Shown: in pieces, positions 22,801 to 37,609 of the stretch
Layout: the number at the start of each line of letters is the position of its first letter
How positions within the stretch are numbered: position 1 is the stretch's first letter
Assembly: GCA_013265495.1 (NCBI GenBank)
Contig: MU058252.1
Location: 902,244 to 966,243, forward strand
From: Vicugna vicugna
Lineage: Eukaryota
Direction: 5' to 3'
Length of the DNA: 64,000 bases
Notes under the pieces: model-generated
Told to the model about the DNA's origin: nothing
Databases searched by the model: none
What the model saw: only the letters and a program-made list of their open reading frames with translations
Translations under genes and position numbers: made by a program

Positions 22801-25800
22801 GAAGACGACCCCGTCCTGGCTGGGGCTCTGTCACACCTGCCCTGTCACTGAGCTTCGGAAGCGGCCGTTACCCAGGGAGAAGCCTGCACGGAGCCTGTGC
22901 TGGGAAGGGGCCTCCCTGGGGATGCCACGTGGCAGCCGGGGCTGTGCAGGGTGCCCTCGGAGCTCCGGGAGGCTGTGCGGGGGAGGGGGGGTGAGGATAC
23001 TTGGATGATGGGGGGGCCGTTCAAGAGGAAGACTTGACTGACTGCCCCCTAATAAGGCACGCGGAGGCTAGGTGAGCCTTCCCCCTCTGAGCTTCAGTTC
23101 CTCATCTGTCAGATGTATTAAGTTAGTTGAAGAACATAAAGTGCCTAATAAATGCAAACAACTGTGTGAGTAAGAGATTTCGGGTTAGAGCTCTGCACGC
23201 TCTCCCAGAGGAGAGGGTGAGCATGGAGTGATGTATGAAGTGGGCAGTGATGGGGGTCCCAGCAGGGATGAAGATGAAGTCCAGCCTACACGCACTATTA
23301 ACATAGAAACTGCCTAGACCTCGCCTAGAGCATGCATGTGCAAACTTCCCTCTTCCCTGATCTTCCGAACTCAGCTGGAAGCATGTCTTCAGGACAGGAC
23401 AGGCAGACTTGGGGGTTCCCTTCGAGGTCCACTCTTAGAGAACTGCCAAGCTGCCTCATCTCAGCTTACGAGTCTCCGCACATTCGTGCAGGCTCATGAG
23501 TTAACACAGCAGCGTTTCAAATATGCACGTACACGTGTGCAAACGCTTTCACGTGCATGCAAATGCACGGGCGTCTATACCTACCTGTATCTGCACCCAC
23601 TTCTGCACATGAAGGCAAGTGTGCGATCCAATGCCATGGGGAGCTTACAGTTATGCCGGGAGCCTGTGGACACACACAGTCCACAGACAGAACACATGGG
23701 CCACGTGTCCAGAACCTAAGCTAGAGCATCAGGTTGGCACAGAAGAGCAAACAGAACCCAGCAGCTGGGCCAGGTTTCACTTCATATAAGTTCTGAAGCT
23801 TAGATGCTCCAGGCACCTCAGTCCAGTTCTGAGAGGAATGGGTGGGCCTACTGTCCCCAAGGACCGTGGCGCTGGAGAGTCATCAAAGTGAGGCCGAGCA
23901 ATCCTGCGGCTGAGCTGTTGCTATGTTTTTCAAAGGTGTTGCCCTGTTGTAGCTTTCCCAAAAGTTTCATAAATTCTGTCGTCAAAAAACTTAATCATTT
24001 CTGGAGCAGAGCTGAAGTGGTATCTGGCTGGTGTGCTTCCAAAGAGAGTGAACAGATTTTTCCTTCTCCCAGGATCTGGGATCACACAACCTGTCTCCAG
24101 CCACACTGGGGCGGAGCCTCCCAAGCAAGTTTACACTGGAACTTGAGACTGCTCATGACCAAACAAACTAGCAAAATAAATTCACTAGGAGTCAGCAGAC
24201 TCAAGGTCATGAAGATCTGGATACAATTCAAACACCTGGACTGAAGCCTAGGGGGTTAAGAGCGGACGGAAATTCACCCCTCATATCCCCATCCACTGCC
24301 AAGTCGAGATCAAGGGTGCAGACACCCTCAAAACTGGGCCAGGGAGCCTGACGAGGAGGAGACTCAGTCCAGAAAGGCTCACGGTGACCACAGGGAGCAG
24401 ACTGTGGAGGGGTGGCAGCAACCACATGAGCCCTCCAACCCGTGGCCTTGGCCCCAGAATCTGGCCATGAACACAATCATGGGAAGGTTTTTAACAACTT
24501 GGATTCCAAGGTCTTGTCCTGCACCTCCTGACTCTTGCTGGGGCGGGGTGGGGGGGAGTCTGTAGAGTCGGGGCTGTAGGTGGAGGGACGTCAGGGAAGG
24601 CTGAGCCCAGAAATCAACCCTTCCACTTCCCCGGGTCTTTCCTAAGGGTTTGGGTTTGATGCTCTGTAGGACAGGGACTCGAAGGGGCAGGGTGGGGCCG
24701 TGGGGAAAGAGCGGGTCTGGGAGTTACGGCAGAACCTCAGAGACCAGCTGTTCTGGCCTCCTGGTAACCCCTGGGCCTCAGCTTACTTTTCTGTAAAATG
24801 GAGAGAGTGTACAAGGCTACCTGGCCTCCAGCTCTCAGTGCCTGTCATGCTGGGAAGCCAGTGGGCTGGAAGTCAGCGAGGACCTGTGATTTGATGGAGG
24901 GGCAAGATGGGACTAGACAGAGAGGCAGGTAGAATGAGAGTAAAAAGAGCTCCCACCCAGGTGAGGCGACCCATCAGCTCAGGGCTTTCAGACGCCCTCC
25001 GCTCAGAGGGCCAGCAGCTCTCGGGAGAGGCCCCAGCTCAGGTCACAGCAGCGAAGCCCACGAGACGACTCCCGGTGACTCCCCGATGGACACCGTCCAC
25101 CCAGGGCTTACACATTTGTTTTCACAGTTTATAGTGAGCCACGCTGGTTTTCCACTTCTGCCCAGTCTTCGGATCTTTCTTCAAGAATAGGTTCAGGTTA
25201 AATAGTACTAAGATGGGATAAAAATTGTGCGGGTGTAAGTGACTGCAATTCTGGACAGCCCTATCCCATGACGCTGCCCCTCCTTCCCTGCGGGGCAAGT
25301 ACCTGAGGACACTGAGGGAGATGGCGCCGCAGCCCATGTATGCACGCACGTGTGTGAACGCATGTGTGTACCCGTGTGTGTGTGAGGGTGATGAGGTGAG
25401 TGCTCCCCAGTTACCTATACTTGTAATCACCACAGGTAGCAATAAACAGCATATTCTCATACATTTTACACATTTATATTTTTCCAAAGTTTGGTCCTAG
25501 GATCTTCCCATGACTGGTCTGTGGTCATAGATGACAAGGGCCCACTGGAGCCCACAGTGGGGAATGGGAGCCAGTTGTTTTGCAAGTAGCTCTGCGGGGT
25601 TTCTCGGGCCCACAGCAGCAACCTGCACACTGGATGCCGGCTTTGCTGGGCGGCCTGCTGGGACTGGTGGGAACACTCCTCCACAGAGAGCCCAAAGGAG
25701 CCCTGGGCTGCTGGCGACCTCCCTCCGGCCAGGGGTCAGGTGTGGGTGACTGATCGGGGCGAGGGGGCCTGCAGGGCGAAGACGTGACTCGGGGCGTCTG

Positions 25801-27134
25801 TCTTCAGTGATTTCTGCTATCAGCTCTGTTCCTTTTTTCAAGCCACATCCTTACAGCTTGGTGGGCTCTGGGCGCTTCTCCCAGCCTCTCTGGAAGAAGG
25901 AACTGGTCCTTTTAGGCCCTTGAAGCCTGAGGCCCTGGTGGTGGCCCTACTCAGGCTCTGCCCTTCCCTGGACCCTTCTGATCTCCATCCCCCATTCCAA
26001 GGCCTCGCCCATCCTCTAAAGACTCAGATCCCTTTTTATCTCAAAGTGACAAGGAGCTAATCTGGTAAATGCAAGTGGCAAAGTGCCCAGTGCTCCATGG
26101 GAGCTGGCCCGGCCCTCCAGCCGCTCCCTGCAGAGCCCTTCCTCCTGCCTGGGCCCCAGAAGGCTTTTCAAATGGCTCTTCCTTCTGGACCCAGTGCTTC
26201 CTTCCTTGGGGTTTCCAGGTCCAGAGGAAAAGGGGTGCAGCTCTCTGACAATGGCATCTGCAAGGGGCTCCCACAGGCTCACCGAGCCAACTGGGAGCAT
26301 CTGTTACCAGCTCCGGGAGACGTTACAGTGAGATCAGGTCCGGAGGAGCATTTACACCACGAGTACTACAGTCAGGGCTGCCCTCCAAGAGCCAGCAGTG
26401 ACCCATCCATCTGTCCACAGCCCACCGCCGGCAGCCCAGCGGCCCTTAGACGGTGCTGCCCAGGGCTCACCTGCCCCCCAACCCTGAGCCGCAGAGCCCA
26501 ACTGCAGAGACGAGGCTGCACTGACAGCTCAGACGGGAGCTTGGACCCCACCTTCCACGTTTTGATCTAGAAATGAGAAAACAAAACTAAGGAAAATAAG
26601 TCACTTTTAAGGGTAAGTTCAGATTTTGTCTGCACACCTTTGATCTCCACACCTTGTTGCAGGTGAGGAAGGCGCAGGGCTGTGCTGGGCTGGTCCAGGC
26701 AGGCCCAGGGCCCAGCTTTCCTGCTCCCACGGGCCCTCCTCCCGCAGCTTGTTTGGGGAGTTCCGAGCGAAAGTGAATTACTGTTTAGGAAGTTGTCTGT
26801 GATCCACGATGGAAGTGAGAGTTGTAACTGCACAGAGGGAGGAGCCAGCCCGGCTGCTCTGAGGCCTGGAGACACAAGCTGCTTAGGGAGAGGGTCTCCT
26901 AATGAAGCCTCTTTGGGGTAAGTCTCTGGTGCCCAGAGCTCCCTCCTACGCTCCGTGCCATTTTCCTTGAACGAGGCCCCTCCCGTCCGCAAGAGTCTGA
27001 GTGATCTCAGGATGCGAGGAGCCTGTTGGGGAGCTGGTGGTCGTGGCGCTCTGTGCCTCAGTTTCTCCACATCTCTGTCTCTGTGTAGAAGGATAGGGTG
27101 GCGAAGAGGGAGGGTAAAAAGGGACACAGAGCCT

Positions 27135-27548
27135 TGTACTTGCCTCCCGGGGCTGCCGTCACCCAGCACTACACACGGGCAGCTTCAAACAACAGAATTA
27201 TGTTCTCTCCCCATTCTGAGGGCTGGAAGTCCATCCTCAAGGTGTTGGCAGAGCCCCCCTGAATCCTGGGGGGAGACTCCTCCCTTGCCTCTTACAGTCT
27301 CTGGGCTGCGGCCACATCACTCCTTCACTCCAGTCTCTGCCTCCTTCCTCACGTGGCCTCTGCTTCCTGGACATCTGTCTCCTCTTCTCAGAAGGACAGC
27401 AGTCACTTGGATTATGGGCTCCAATGTGACTTCACCATGACTAATTCCATCTACAACAACCGTATTTCCAAACAAGGCCACATTCACAGAGGGTGGGGAC
27501 ATGAACGTACTGGGGTGGGGGGCAGGACCCTGCCCTCCCTACACTACT
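27135..27548 (-). mobile_element. MaLR solo LTR (MLT1C/D-like)
   Basis: gcttcaaacaacagaattat...ggctggaagtcc...gtatttccaaacaaggccacattcacag. Confidence 0.82.
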
Positions 27549-30500
27549 ATGGCTGAGTGTGCTCTGGTCCGGGGAACCCGCTCCAGACTCCTCTCCCAGC
27601 ACCCTGTTGTTTTCCAAGGTAGCTGCAGGGCACCGCTGGGCTGCAGGGCACCCATCAGGGGAGCCTGGGATCTGGAGGGCTGTGGGCAGGTCCTGGATAG
27701 GCCGTGTCAGTGACGCTGAGAACCCACATCACCACAGACCCAGGGGGCCCTGGACGCGGGCGGCTCCATGACTGCAGAACGAGGCAGGCAGGGGCCTGGG
27801 AACTACGCTATTAACCGCCCATGCCCCGGACAGTGGGTGTAAACCAGGCACATCCTGGACACCAGGTACAGTCCCTTTACCTCGGGAGCTTCCTGAGCGT
27901 GTAACTGAAAGGCGCCCCTGTGGGAGGTGTGTTCCAGAAGAAGGGACCAAGTTCACCTGTTTATTTAAATTGCAGGGAAATGATCAATGAACACGGTATT
28001 CCTTCATCTTGGTAAGAGCAGAAGGAAGATGAGGCCGAAGATAACTTGTCCTGTGCACAGTCACCTAACGTGGGCATCCCCTCTACCTGGAGGAGGGGAG
28101 CTGAGGCCCAGAAGCGATCGGGCTCTCTGGGCACAGCAGCCCAAGCTTGCACTCAGTGAGGGCCTCCTGAGCCTGGATTTGGACCCAGGTGTCGGATTCC
28201 TGGACCCCTAAGATGTCCTGAGCCCCTCACACCCATCCTGCTCCACCAGCCTGTGTCCCCACAAGAGCTCCTTCCACTCCGATCCCCCCCATCTATCCAC
28301 CTCGTCTGGTCATCCGCCAGCAAAGCACAGAGCTGGCGGTCACTTTGAGTCAGCGTCCACTTTGGTGTCGAGGAGAACAGGGAAGATGCATGAGGTCCCA
28401 CCCCTCCCCTCGCAGCTGCTGACAGTCTGACTGAGGCCACACCTGACATCAGCGCATCAGGAGTCCTCAGCGAGCCAGCGCCATCCGACCTTGGCTTCTC
28501 GGCCTCCAGGGGCATGACCTCTATCTGCTTGCACTCCGAGAAGTGAGGGGCGACCAGATCGACCCCAAGCCCCTCCAGCAATGACAGCCAGGAGTTTTGT
28601 TAAATGCTTTGTCTTCTCTGAGCCCGAACGTCTTTATCTGAGACCCTGCCTCCTAGGACAACGGTCGTTGGATGGATTTCTGATGGCCCTGCGGGGAAAT
28701 ACCGAAAAACATACAGCCACAAAGCAAAGGAAGAGAAAGTCAGCAAATGCTGGCGCTCAGCTTGGTTATGACAATAAATCGTGCCTCTTCCTGTGAAAGG
28801 CCAGCCCACAGCTTTCCGGAGCCAGAGGGAGTGTTCCTGCTGTCATAACTCACTTGGGCATTTTGCTAAGAACAAGTTTTCCCCATTTGAGGCCAGTGAG
28901 TTCGAGGCCTCTGGAAAACAAGTCGCTTCTGCTTTTGCCAACAAGCAGCTTCCCCTTTTCTGGAAACTGCTCGCCCCCTTGCCGTCAGCGGCCTCTGACC
29001 ATGGCCGCGGCTCCCTGCCTCGGTCTCGCCCGGCCTGGCTCTGAGATGTGATCCCCACTGCCCTCCAGTTGCGGGCGAGTTGTTTTTCCTGATGTTGCTG
29101 TTAACGTTTCTCTCCAGAGTCTGCTACAAATGGAAATTTCCGTATTCCCCTGTTCAGCAAAAATTACGGGCTTTTGGTTTCATCATCACTGTCAAACCAT
29201 TAACCATGAACCCTCAGCGCCCTGCGCAGCCCTGAAGGAGACAGCTCGGAGCACGTTCCCGGGCTCACGGCTGCGGACGCTGGGAGGTCTCGTGTGCCAG
29301 GAGTACCAGATGTGGCTGCTTCTGGAAAAAAAGGATTGGAAGCCTTCCTTTTCATTGCTCCCCTTCCACACCTCACATCCAAATGCTCTGTATTATTATC
29401 TTCTGTGAACTGAGTACATCTCAAACCCCGTTCCCTCTAAAACACACTCATGCCCCAGACCCCGCAGCTTCCCTGGGGGCGCAGACGTGGCGGGCAGGTG
29501 GGGCCAGGCCTGCACCTGCCCAGGTTGGGGGCTTACCTCCCCGCTCCCCAGCTGGAGGGCAGGGGCAGCAGGCGCAGGGCGGCTCAGAGGAGCCTTCCAC
29601 GTGGGGCAAGACGGCAAAGGGAGGCAGGGCTTCGCGAGTCTCCTGCATCTCCCCTCACCTGTGTCTAGAAGAAGGCCTCCCTTGCAGAGAACCATCAGTA
29701 AATGATACTGAATGAGGAGTGGATGCAGGCCCCGGACTGTGAGGGGCCAGGTCCGGCTGACTGAGGCTCCTAGAAGACATTGGTCAGGACTGGACCCCGG
29801 GGGCGGGAGGGAGAAGCTGAGGTTCCCTCCTCCATGGCTGCTCCCCAGAGCCAGCCAGCGTCCTCCCCGGGAGAAGGGAAACGTTCCATCATAGGCTGTG
29901 GGATGCATCACAGTGGCTGAGCCTCGGGGTCCCGAGAAGCTGGCTTGTGTGATAGAGGGCTCCATCAGGAGTGCAGATGCTAACCCCGGGGGCCTGAGGC
30001 TCCCCAGGAATGCCATCCCCTTAGGTATGCTCCCGGCCCACAGGAGCATGGGGAGCAGTGGAGAGGTGTGGCACACAGCCATCAGAGAGAAGTGGCTCAG
30101 ATCGTGACCCCCTCTTCCCAGAAAGCCAGGGCCCCGGCTCTTCCTCTGTTCCATCTCAGGACCCACACACAGCCCCCCTCAGCATCAGTCACCAGAGGAG
30201 GGATGGGATGGGATGGGGGAGGCCTGGCCACGGCTCCGTGTGTACCCCAAGAAGGCAGGGGCTCTGGACCGTTTGTTCCAGCTCTGAACGAGATTCAATC
30301 TCACCCTCTGAGGGAGGGCGGCTGCCTCGAGTGGCTTCCCGAAACTCTGTGTGCAAACAGGCTGTCTCCTGAGTACCCCTTGCTGAGCCCGCACCCGGAG
30401 ACGCTGATGTGACAACTTTTTAAAAATAGGTGACGGCTGTGACAAGGCCAACAAGGGCTCGGTGCTTGCGACGCACTGTTCCCTGGGCCCTGTGTCTTGA

Positions 30501-30610
30501 CAAAGGGGAGGCAAAGGGCTGCAGCAGAGCCCAGAAAGAGGAAGAGAAACACTCGGCCTCAGCAAAGGGGGAAAAATCAGAATGACAGGGTTGCCAATAA
30601 AATAATCGGC

Positions 30611-30684
30611 ATTTTTTTGATGGAGGTTGAACCCAGGACCTTGTGCATGCTAAATTGTGCTCTACCACTGAGCTATCTCCACCC
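30611..30684 (-). mobile_element. Short tRNA-derived camelid SINE (vic-1-like)
   Basis: tttttttgatggaggttgaacccaggaccttgtgcatgctaaattgtgctctaccactgagctatctcc. Confidence 0.8.
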
Positions 30685-32309
30685 ACAGTACTTTGTATTT
30701 TTGAACCTTAGCTGCTTAAAAATGGGCCTCAGATAACATTTTCATGTGATAATTTCAATTATTTTACGTGGTGGAAGGGTCATGTATTAGGCTGAATTCC
30801 GTAAGATTACCACTTTCTGGGTTTAAATTAATGCTGAAATACTGGATATCTCCTATGGTTTGACCTAAAAGTATCATCTGCTTTTACCATGGAGGAAATA
30901 GGACACAAAAATGAGAAAGGACGAATAGACACAAACTCAGACCGTCCCAGCCCAGGCCCTTCCGCCAAACCATGATGCTTCCTGCTGCCAAGCCGCAACG
31001 GGATCTCGGCCCAGGCCCGCGACCCGCCCGAGGACGCCTGCGTGATTGGCCACAAACCTGAAGCCGATGCCACTTATTTTTACCCCAGTTCACTTCTCAT
31101 CCGATGCTGCACCTAACTTGGATCATAAAGGAGGTCCTCCCCCTACTCCCCGCCGTGGCCACTGTCACTTATTCCTTTAAAGAGCCTTTTAAATATGAAC
31201 CAACAAGGAGTTGATTCAAGTTGCAGATTCCAGAAAGCTAAACCTGGCCCATTCCCCACTCCTAGTCTATATGTATCTCTGTGTCTACACGGCTCTCTCA
31301 GTCTTGCCCTCCCTCTCTCTCCACCCACATACACCCCTCCAGCACTCAAGAAGCACACATGCCCCCATGGGGCTGGTGGTGAGGCTGGGGATGACATGGT
31401 CCTCCACCTCCACCCGGCAGGGGCAATCCAGCTTCTGTCAGGGGAAGAAAGACGACCACCCAATGCTCGAGCCCCAGGGCTTCATGGGGCCTTAAAGGCT
31501 TTCTGGAATGAGACCCACAGGGGATAGGTGGCCCCACCTCAGCTTGTATAGTCAAGCTGGGACTAGACTCAGCTGTCTTGGCTCCTGGGACCCAGAGCAC
31601 TCTCTCCTGCCCTCAGTGCACCAGGACTCTCTGTCCTCCCGTCCCACCTCCTGTGATTCCCAAACCACTGCCTTGAGGGAGAGCCAAGAGCACAGGAGCC
31701 CACAGAGCCGGGGGACATGCAGGGCACACCGCGAGAAAGGACGGAGTCCCAGCAGGACACGGCCTCTCCACCTGGATCATCATGGCCACAGGACCCTGCT
31801 CCTCCCAGACTGAGGCTGGGCACCGGGGGCCCAGCCACCTGCTGCCCACACATCCCACTCTCACCACCCACACCCCACCATCCACAAGGTCCACAGTGGG
31901 CAGCAGGATGTACTTGCCCAGGAAACAGCAGGAGGATCAGGTGCGTGTGGGATGCGCCATCAGGAGGCGGGGGGTGGCAGCTGGGGGAGAGGAATAAGTG
32001 AGGGCAGAACTAAAAAGGACTGGGAACGGGCCCAGCTCCACACCCCCACCCAACATACAGACCAAAGAGATTTGTTTGTTTGCTTAAATAGAATTTATGG
32101 AGTCCCAGTGATTCTTATTTACACCCGGTCCTCGTTAGCGAAAGGATGCTGCGATGCAGTAAGATGGAAGATACAGGAAGACAAACCAGCAGCCACAGGA
32201 AACGCAAGCAGGGTGGCCGAGCTGCACTCAGTGCTCAGCCCTCCCGCCCGCAGGCCCGGCTCCACGTTCTCAGGGATCCTCCAACACTGTAGCCAACAAA
32301 CGAGGAGGA

Positions 32310-32520
32310 TGATAGTTTAATACTTATAATTCATTCGTTTGTTATTTGCCAGGTGCTTTATGTGATGTCATTTAATTCTCTTACCAGCCTCAGGTGAGGA
32401 TTCTCATTGCTATTTTACAAATGAAGCAACTTAGGTTCAGTGATGCCAAGGAGCTGGTCCAGGCAGAGACAGAGCAGGTGGGAAACCCAGGTCCCAAAGC
32501 CCCAGCTCGTGGTGACGGCC
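32310..32520 (-). mobile_element. MIR SINE
   Basis: tgccaggtgctttatgtgatgtcatttaattctc...tattttacaaatgaagcaacttaggttcag. Confidence 0.75.
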
Positions 32521-32689
32521 TTTACAAGGCCGTAACCTGAGGCCAGGTCCTCAGAGCACACACAGGTGACAGGACGTTCCATCTGCCAGCAAGCAGAGGG
32601 CCTCCCAGAGTTGGCAGCTTCTGGGAGGGCATTTCTGCCTCCCACACCCCCATTAGGATGTGGAGGAGGATGAGAAGACATCTTGCAGG

Positions 32690-32920
32690 GGGAAGAGCAT
32701 GGATTTGGGAGACAACCGTACCTGCTTCAAACATTGGCCTTGCCCCTCACCAGCTGCGTCCTTTGGGCAAATTGTTCTGTCTATCTGAGCCTCAGTCTCC
32801 CCAGCTGTAAAAATGGGGGTAATAGTATGAACCAGGCAGTGCTGATGAAGAGTTAAATGACCAAATAACTGAAAGAGGCTGTCGGGGAGCTGAGCACCTA
32901 ACCTAACGCTTGGTAAGTGG
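32690..32920 (+). mobile_element. MIR SINE
   Basis: cagctgcgtcctttgggcaaattg...ctgagcctcagtctccccagctgtaaaaatgggggtaatag. Confidence 0.8.
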
Positions 32921-35900
32921 ATTTCACAATTTCACCCAAAGGTCAACCAACGATCTAAGCAGAAGCAGATGAACCTTGAAGCCCCAGGGACAGTGTCCCC
33001 ATAGGGACTCGGCTGGTGACCCCTGGCTGGGGTGGCAGCCACAGGGAAGGGAACTGGGTCAGATGGCAGATTTTTCAAGCTGGGTGAAATCTAGCTCTAA
33101 AGAAGCAAAAAAAAGGATGAAAAGAGGCAGGCGGCAGGGAGACAGAAGAAGACGAAAAATGAAAAAAGACACGCGAAGGAGAAAAATGCATGGCAAGGGA
33201 AACCACTGGTTTTCAGCCCAGAGTCTTAAGCATCAGTCCATTTCCTCAGCTTTACATGGAAGGTGGTTTCCTGAGGGATCCAAAGACACAAGCCAGCATG
33301 ATTTTTGGAAAGCAACATCAGGGGAAAAAAAAACCCCATAGACCCGCCGATCCTCGGTGAGCCAAGGACTGAGGCTGTTGGAAGAGTGTCGGCTGAGGAT
33401 GGCGGGTGGGGAGGAGCGGAGGCTGCGAGGGTGAGTAAGTTGGGGCCTGGCCTGGCTGAGAGCATCACGTGCAAGTCGGTGTGAGTACTTGAAGGAGGGG
33501 AGAGTCACTTCTCTTGGCTGGTGGCATTCGGGATCCTGCTCCTCTTGCTGCTGGCTCCCTGCAGCAAGGAGGCTCACAGAGCTCAACAATGAGGGTCTAC
33601 CCACCAAAGGGCCACTGTGCCCAAGGTGGACCCATCGGCAGCTGGAGGTCCAAGACCTCAGACTTCTGTGTCTACAATCAGCCTATAACTGCGGCTAGAG
33701 GGACACACCCTCATCCCTTCCACGCACGTCCTCGGGGCCCCCTTAGCCTTCCAGCACCATCCGGCTGTCGGGCCCCATGGTTCAGCGTCTGGAATCAGAT
33801 GCCAGATGGCTTGGGCTTGGGAGTCTGGCCTCTGCACCACAGATTTCCCACCTGGAGCATGGGGCCGATACCAGCATCACCTCTCACTCAGGGCTCAGGT
33901 CAGCCACTGCACTCACAGCCCGGCCGTGCGGGCTCAGTGAGTATCGGCTGCTTTCATTAGTGGCCATTTCTCTTCCTTTTCCCTCAAGGCTGACCTTGAG
34001 AATCACAGGCACCAGATGCCACCTTGAGGGAGGGAGCAGCAGAGGGCAGACATGGCCGCCTCTTCCACCTGCAGCACAGCTCTGACCTGTTTCCGGTCCC
34101 CAGGCAGGGATGGGATGGAGACCAAGAGTAGCAGGGGCCTCCTCCAGCCGTTCCAGAGGGTCCAGCATGCTGGGTGTGCCTCCCAGACCACCCTAGGGAA
34201 CGAGGGGCTTGCTCCCGACTGCCAGCACTGCTGTGGGAAGACGGCCGCTACCACCGCCCTTTCAAGGCAGCCACCGCACCCAGGACCCAGCCGCCCTCAT
34301 CTGATGCGGGACTGACCAACCCAGCACAGTTTGGAGGTGTCACCCGAGGCCTCTGCAGAGACCGCATCCCCACTCGGCCTCTCCCTCCACCTGACCATGC
34401 ATCCTGCCCTCCTCAGGAGCTGAGCCAAGCTCCCGAGTGCTGACACACACCCCAGATGCACATCTCCACCCCTGCGTCTGTCCGTGCAAGAGCCCAGGAC
34501 ACTTGGCAAGAAGGAGGTTGAAGCTAAAGCTTCTCGTACCTTCAAGAAACAGGGAGAGTATCTTACATTCGTGTGTGTGTGCTCAGAGCCTCCCGTCCTT
34601 TCAGTCCAAGTATTTTAATGACACTTTCTCAGGATGGGACTAGGCGGTCCTTGATGGACATTTAAATACCTGCATCTCTCCCAACTTTGAAATTCTAAAT
34701 GACCCTTCCGCTCTCCTTCCTGCGAATGTGGAGGGGAGGGGAGATTTTGGGGCACTGAGGTCCTCCCTCCTCAGTAGTTCTGGACCAGGACGACCCCCTG
34801 ACACCACGGCCACTGGGAGACCAGGTGATGTTGTAACTCATTTTGGCCATTTCTGGGCGTCCATCCTGTGACTTGAGAGTTTTCTAAAGATAAGAAGGGT
34901 TTGGTTTGACCTTCAAAACCAAAAGCGCCTTGGTGGAAGCTAAAATAGTGTTTAGGGAGTGCCTGCTGTGTGGGACGCACTGGCGCTTTGAGGAAAGGCT
35001 AATGGAATAGAAATTCTACCCAGGGCGTCCAGGGGAGAGCAAGAGGGGCCCAGCCTCCCTTTCCCCCCGAGAGCCCCTCTTCCTGCAAGACTGGGGCACA
35101 AACAGCAGGTCCAGCCCATCTCTGGGCCTCATCAGTCCAGAGGTGTTTTCAAAAGCTCTCAGACCACAGAAAGCTCAGAGAACTAGTGTCCTCTGAGGAG
35201 GGGCTGGACACTGGCCAACATCTCTGACATCGGTCACAGAACAGATTCAGGAAAAGCAGGCCCCTGAGGCTTCCAGTGTGGCGAGGACGTCAGGTCAGGG
35301 GACAGCATCACTGCATCACCCAGGGATGTACTTCCCAGCACCGGCAGCTCGGTACCAACAAACGCTCACTTGGGACCCGGTGACAAAATGGTCCTGAGCT
35401 GCACTGGGCAGGGAACCCAGAATGCAGCCCCCAGCAGGACCAGTCCCACCCCCTGGCCTCTCAGCAGGAGGAGCTACAGGTAGAAGGGGTGTGATCCCCT
35501 CGCTTCCCACTCCCCTTGGAAACCTGTGGTTCTCTAAAGAAAAGAAGACAGAGCAGCAGTGGCCAATCTTGACCTTGGTCTCGACCTTGAAGGTGGAGTG
35601 GAGGCAAGCCCTTCTCCAGGATCTTCACCCACATGACTAAAGGACGCTTCTGGGGTCCTCTGGCTGAGCTTGCAGGGAGAGGCCTGGGGGACAGGAAAGT
35701 GAGTGACCCCAGATGCTCCAGCTTCGCGCCCAGAAGGGCTGCCAACCCCGGAGCTGTCCTTGTTCTGTCTAAGCTGAGGGCTTGTGACACTTTGTGCTTC
35801 TCTTCTGCACTGCTCAGCCACTAACCAGCTGAGTGGCCTCCCCTTTCAGAACCCACATCCCCTCTTGTTCAGGGATCACACTCTGCTGCATGGATCTGTG

Positions 35901-37609
35901 AGAACCCCAGCCTCCTGCTCACAGATTCCTTCTCAGGATCATGGGAGAGAGATGCCATCTGGTGAAAGAATCCTCCTGTTTCCTTGGGATCTGTACGAAA
36001 TCCTCTGAGCCTTCCAAACGACACTGTCCCCACCTCTTCCGTTCTGGGTGAGAGCCATGGGCTAACGCACCGGGAATGCGGCCAGCTCTGTCCAGGGCTC
36101 AGTGTGTTGAATGACCGGCCCACTTAGACAGCAGTCATCTCACCACTGCAGATGGGAATCTGAGTTTCCAGGACTTGCCCGAGGCAGTGATGCTGGGGGA
36201 CGTGGGGTTGGGATTAGAACGCCCCTTCTGCCACACAGTCCAAGTCTCTTTTCACAGGGGCTCCCAGCCCTGCCTGCCAGGACTGCGTGCTGGGAGGGAC
36301 AGGAGGCGAGTGGGTACCAGCAGTGTCAGCAGCTATCACAAAATCATGACATGCTAGACCCAGGAGGACCCTGATGAGGCTCCGTCTCCCCATCAGATGC
36401 TTTCGTCCCTCCCTTAATTAACGACTATTAATTAGCAGCCTGTGAGGCACCGCAGCCCAGAGGCAGGCAGGGGGCAGAAAGCCGGCACTGCCAGCAGCTC
36501 TCGGTAGAGGCTTGAGGAGCTAGGACGGCAAAAACACAGAAGGAAAAGTGTCTCACCTCCATTCTTTGTGACAGAGACAACCAGAACTTGCTGAAACACA
36601 CTTCATTCCTCCAGCTCCACTCCCTGCCTGTACCTCCACGGGGCCCCCCATCCCCCCCGGCTTCCCTCCCTCGCCAGGCTCTGTCACCGCCTCTCCTTCC
36701 TGAAGCATGTTCTCGTCCACTCGTGCCCCGGTGGGGGGTCAGAGACAGAAGCACAAACAGACTCCACCTGGGAGTGGCACACGGCGCCCAAGGCCTTGAC
36801 TGTGGAAGATGAGGTAGGTTCCATGTCATACGGGAATGACGGGGGACACAAAAGGGAGCCCCGCCGGCCCACCTGAGGCCCGAGTGCCCCCCAAAGGTCC
36901 CCAGTGCTCACTCTCTACAGCTAAGGAGCAAACCCCTGAGAGCCCTATTCAATGGCAGGTGCCCCAAGGAGACGAGGACAGACACATTAACCCCAGAGCA
37001 CCCGCTGCTGATCACCCTCCCCCATTCTGCCACGTTCCAACCCAGGGGGCACACCGCGCCCAGAGCCCGCAGGCCTGCCTTCTGTGCACAAGACTCCACT
37101 GGGGCCCCGCAGGCCCTCGACAGGGAGGGGGCAGCGGGAGAGCCCGCGGGAGCCCCGCAGGAGGGTTCGCTCCTGGGTGGGGCGCGCCAGCTCCCATGTG
37201 CTCACCTGCCACCCCAACTCTCCACAGCCCCCTCCCCAGACTTGGCCTTCAAGTTCCTGGCAAAGGCCATTTCCAACCCCGGTCAGTTAAAGGCTCAGCC
37301 TCTCACCCCCCGGGGCTCACACTGGCTTTCACTGTGGAGTCAAGGCCTTGGCCATTTGGACTATCCCACTGTAAGTGAGGACGTCTGTGAAACACATTTG
37401 TAAATGTATTTACCCAAAGCATTACAAGGGATAAAAATGAATTTATGTCTGAACTGACAATTAAAGAATCACTTCCACTGAAAAGAATAAAATTACGTTA
37501 CCGTGGGGCCACCCCAGGAAACCTGGGTGGTGTGGGGGCCGCTGCTATATTCTTAGGTGTCTTCCCCATGGGCCCCTGTATAGGGGCGAGGAAGCCAGTG
37601 TTCCTGGGG

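Noticed and set aside
29396..30166. 256-aa ORF
   Set aside because: Pro/Gly/Leu-rich with no family resemblance, as expected by chance in GC-rich sequence.
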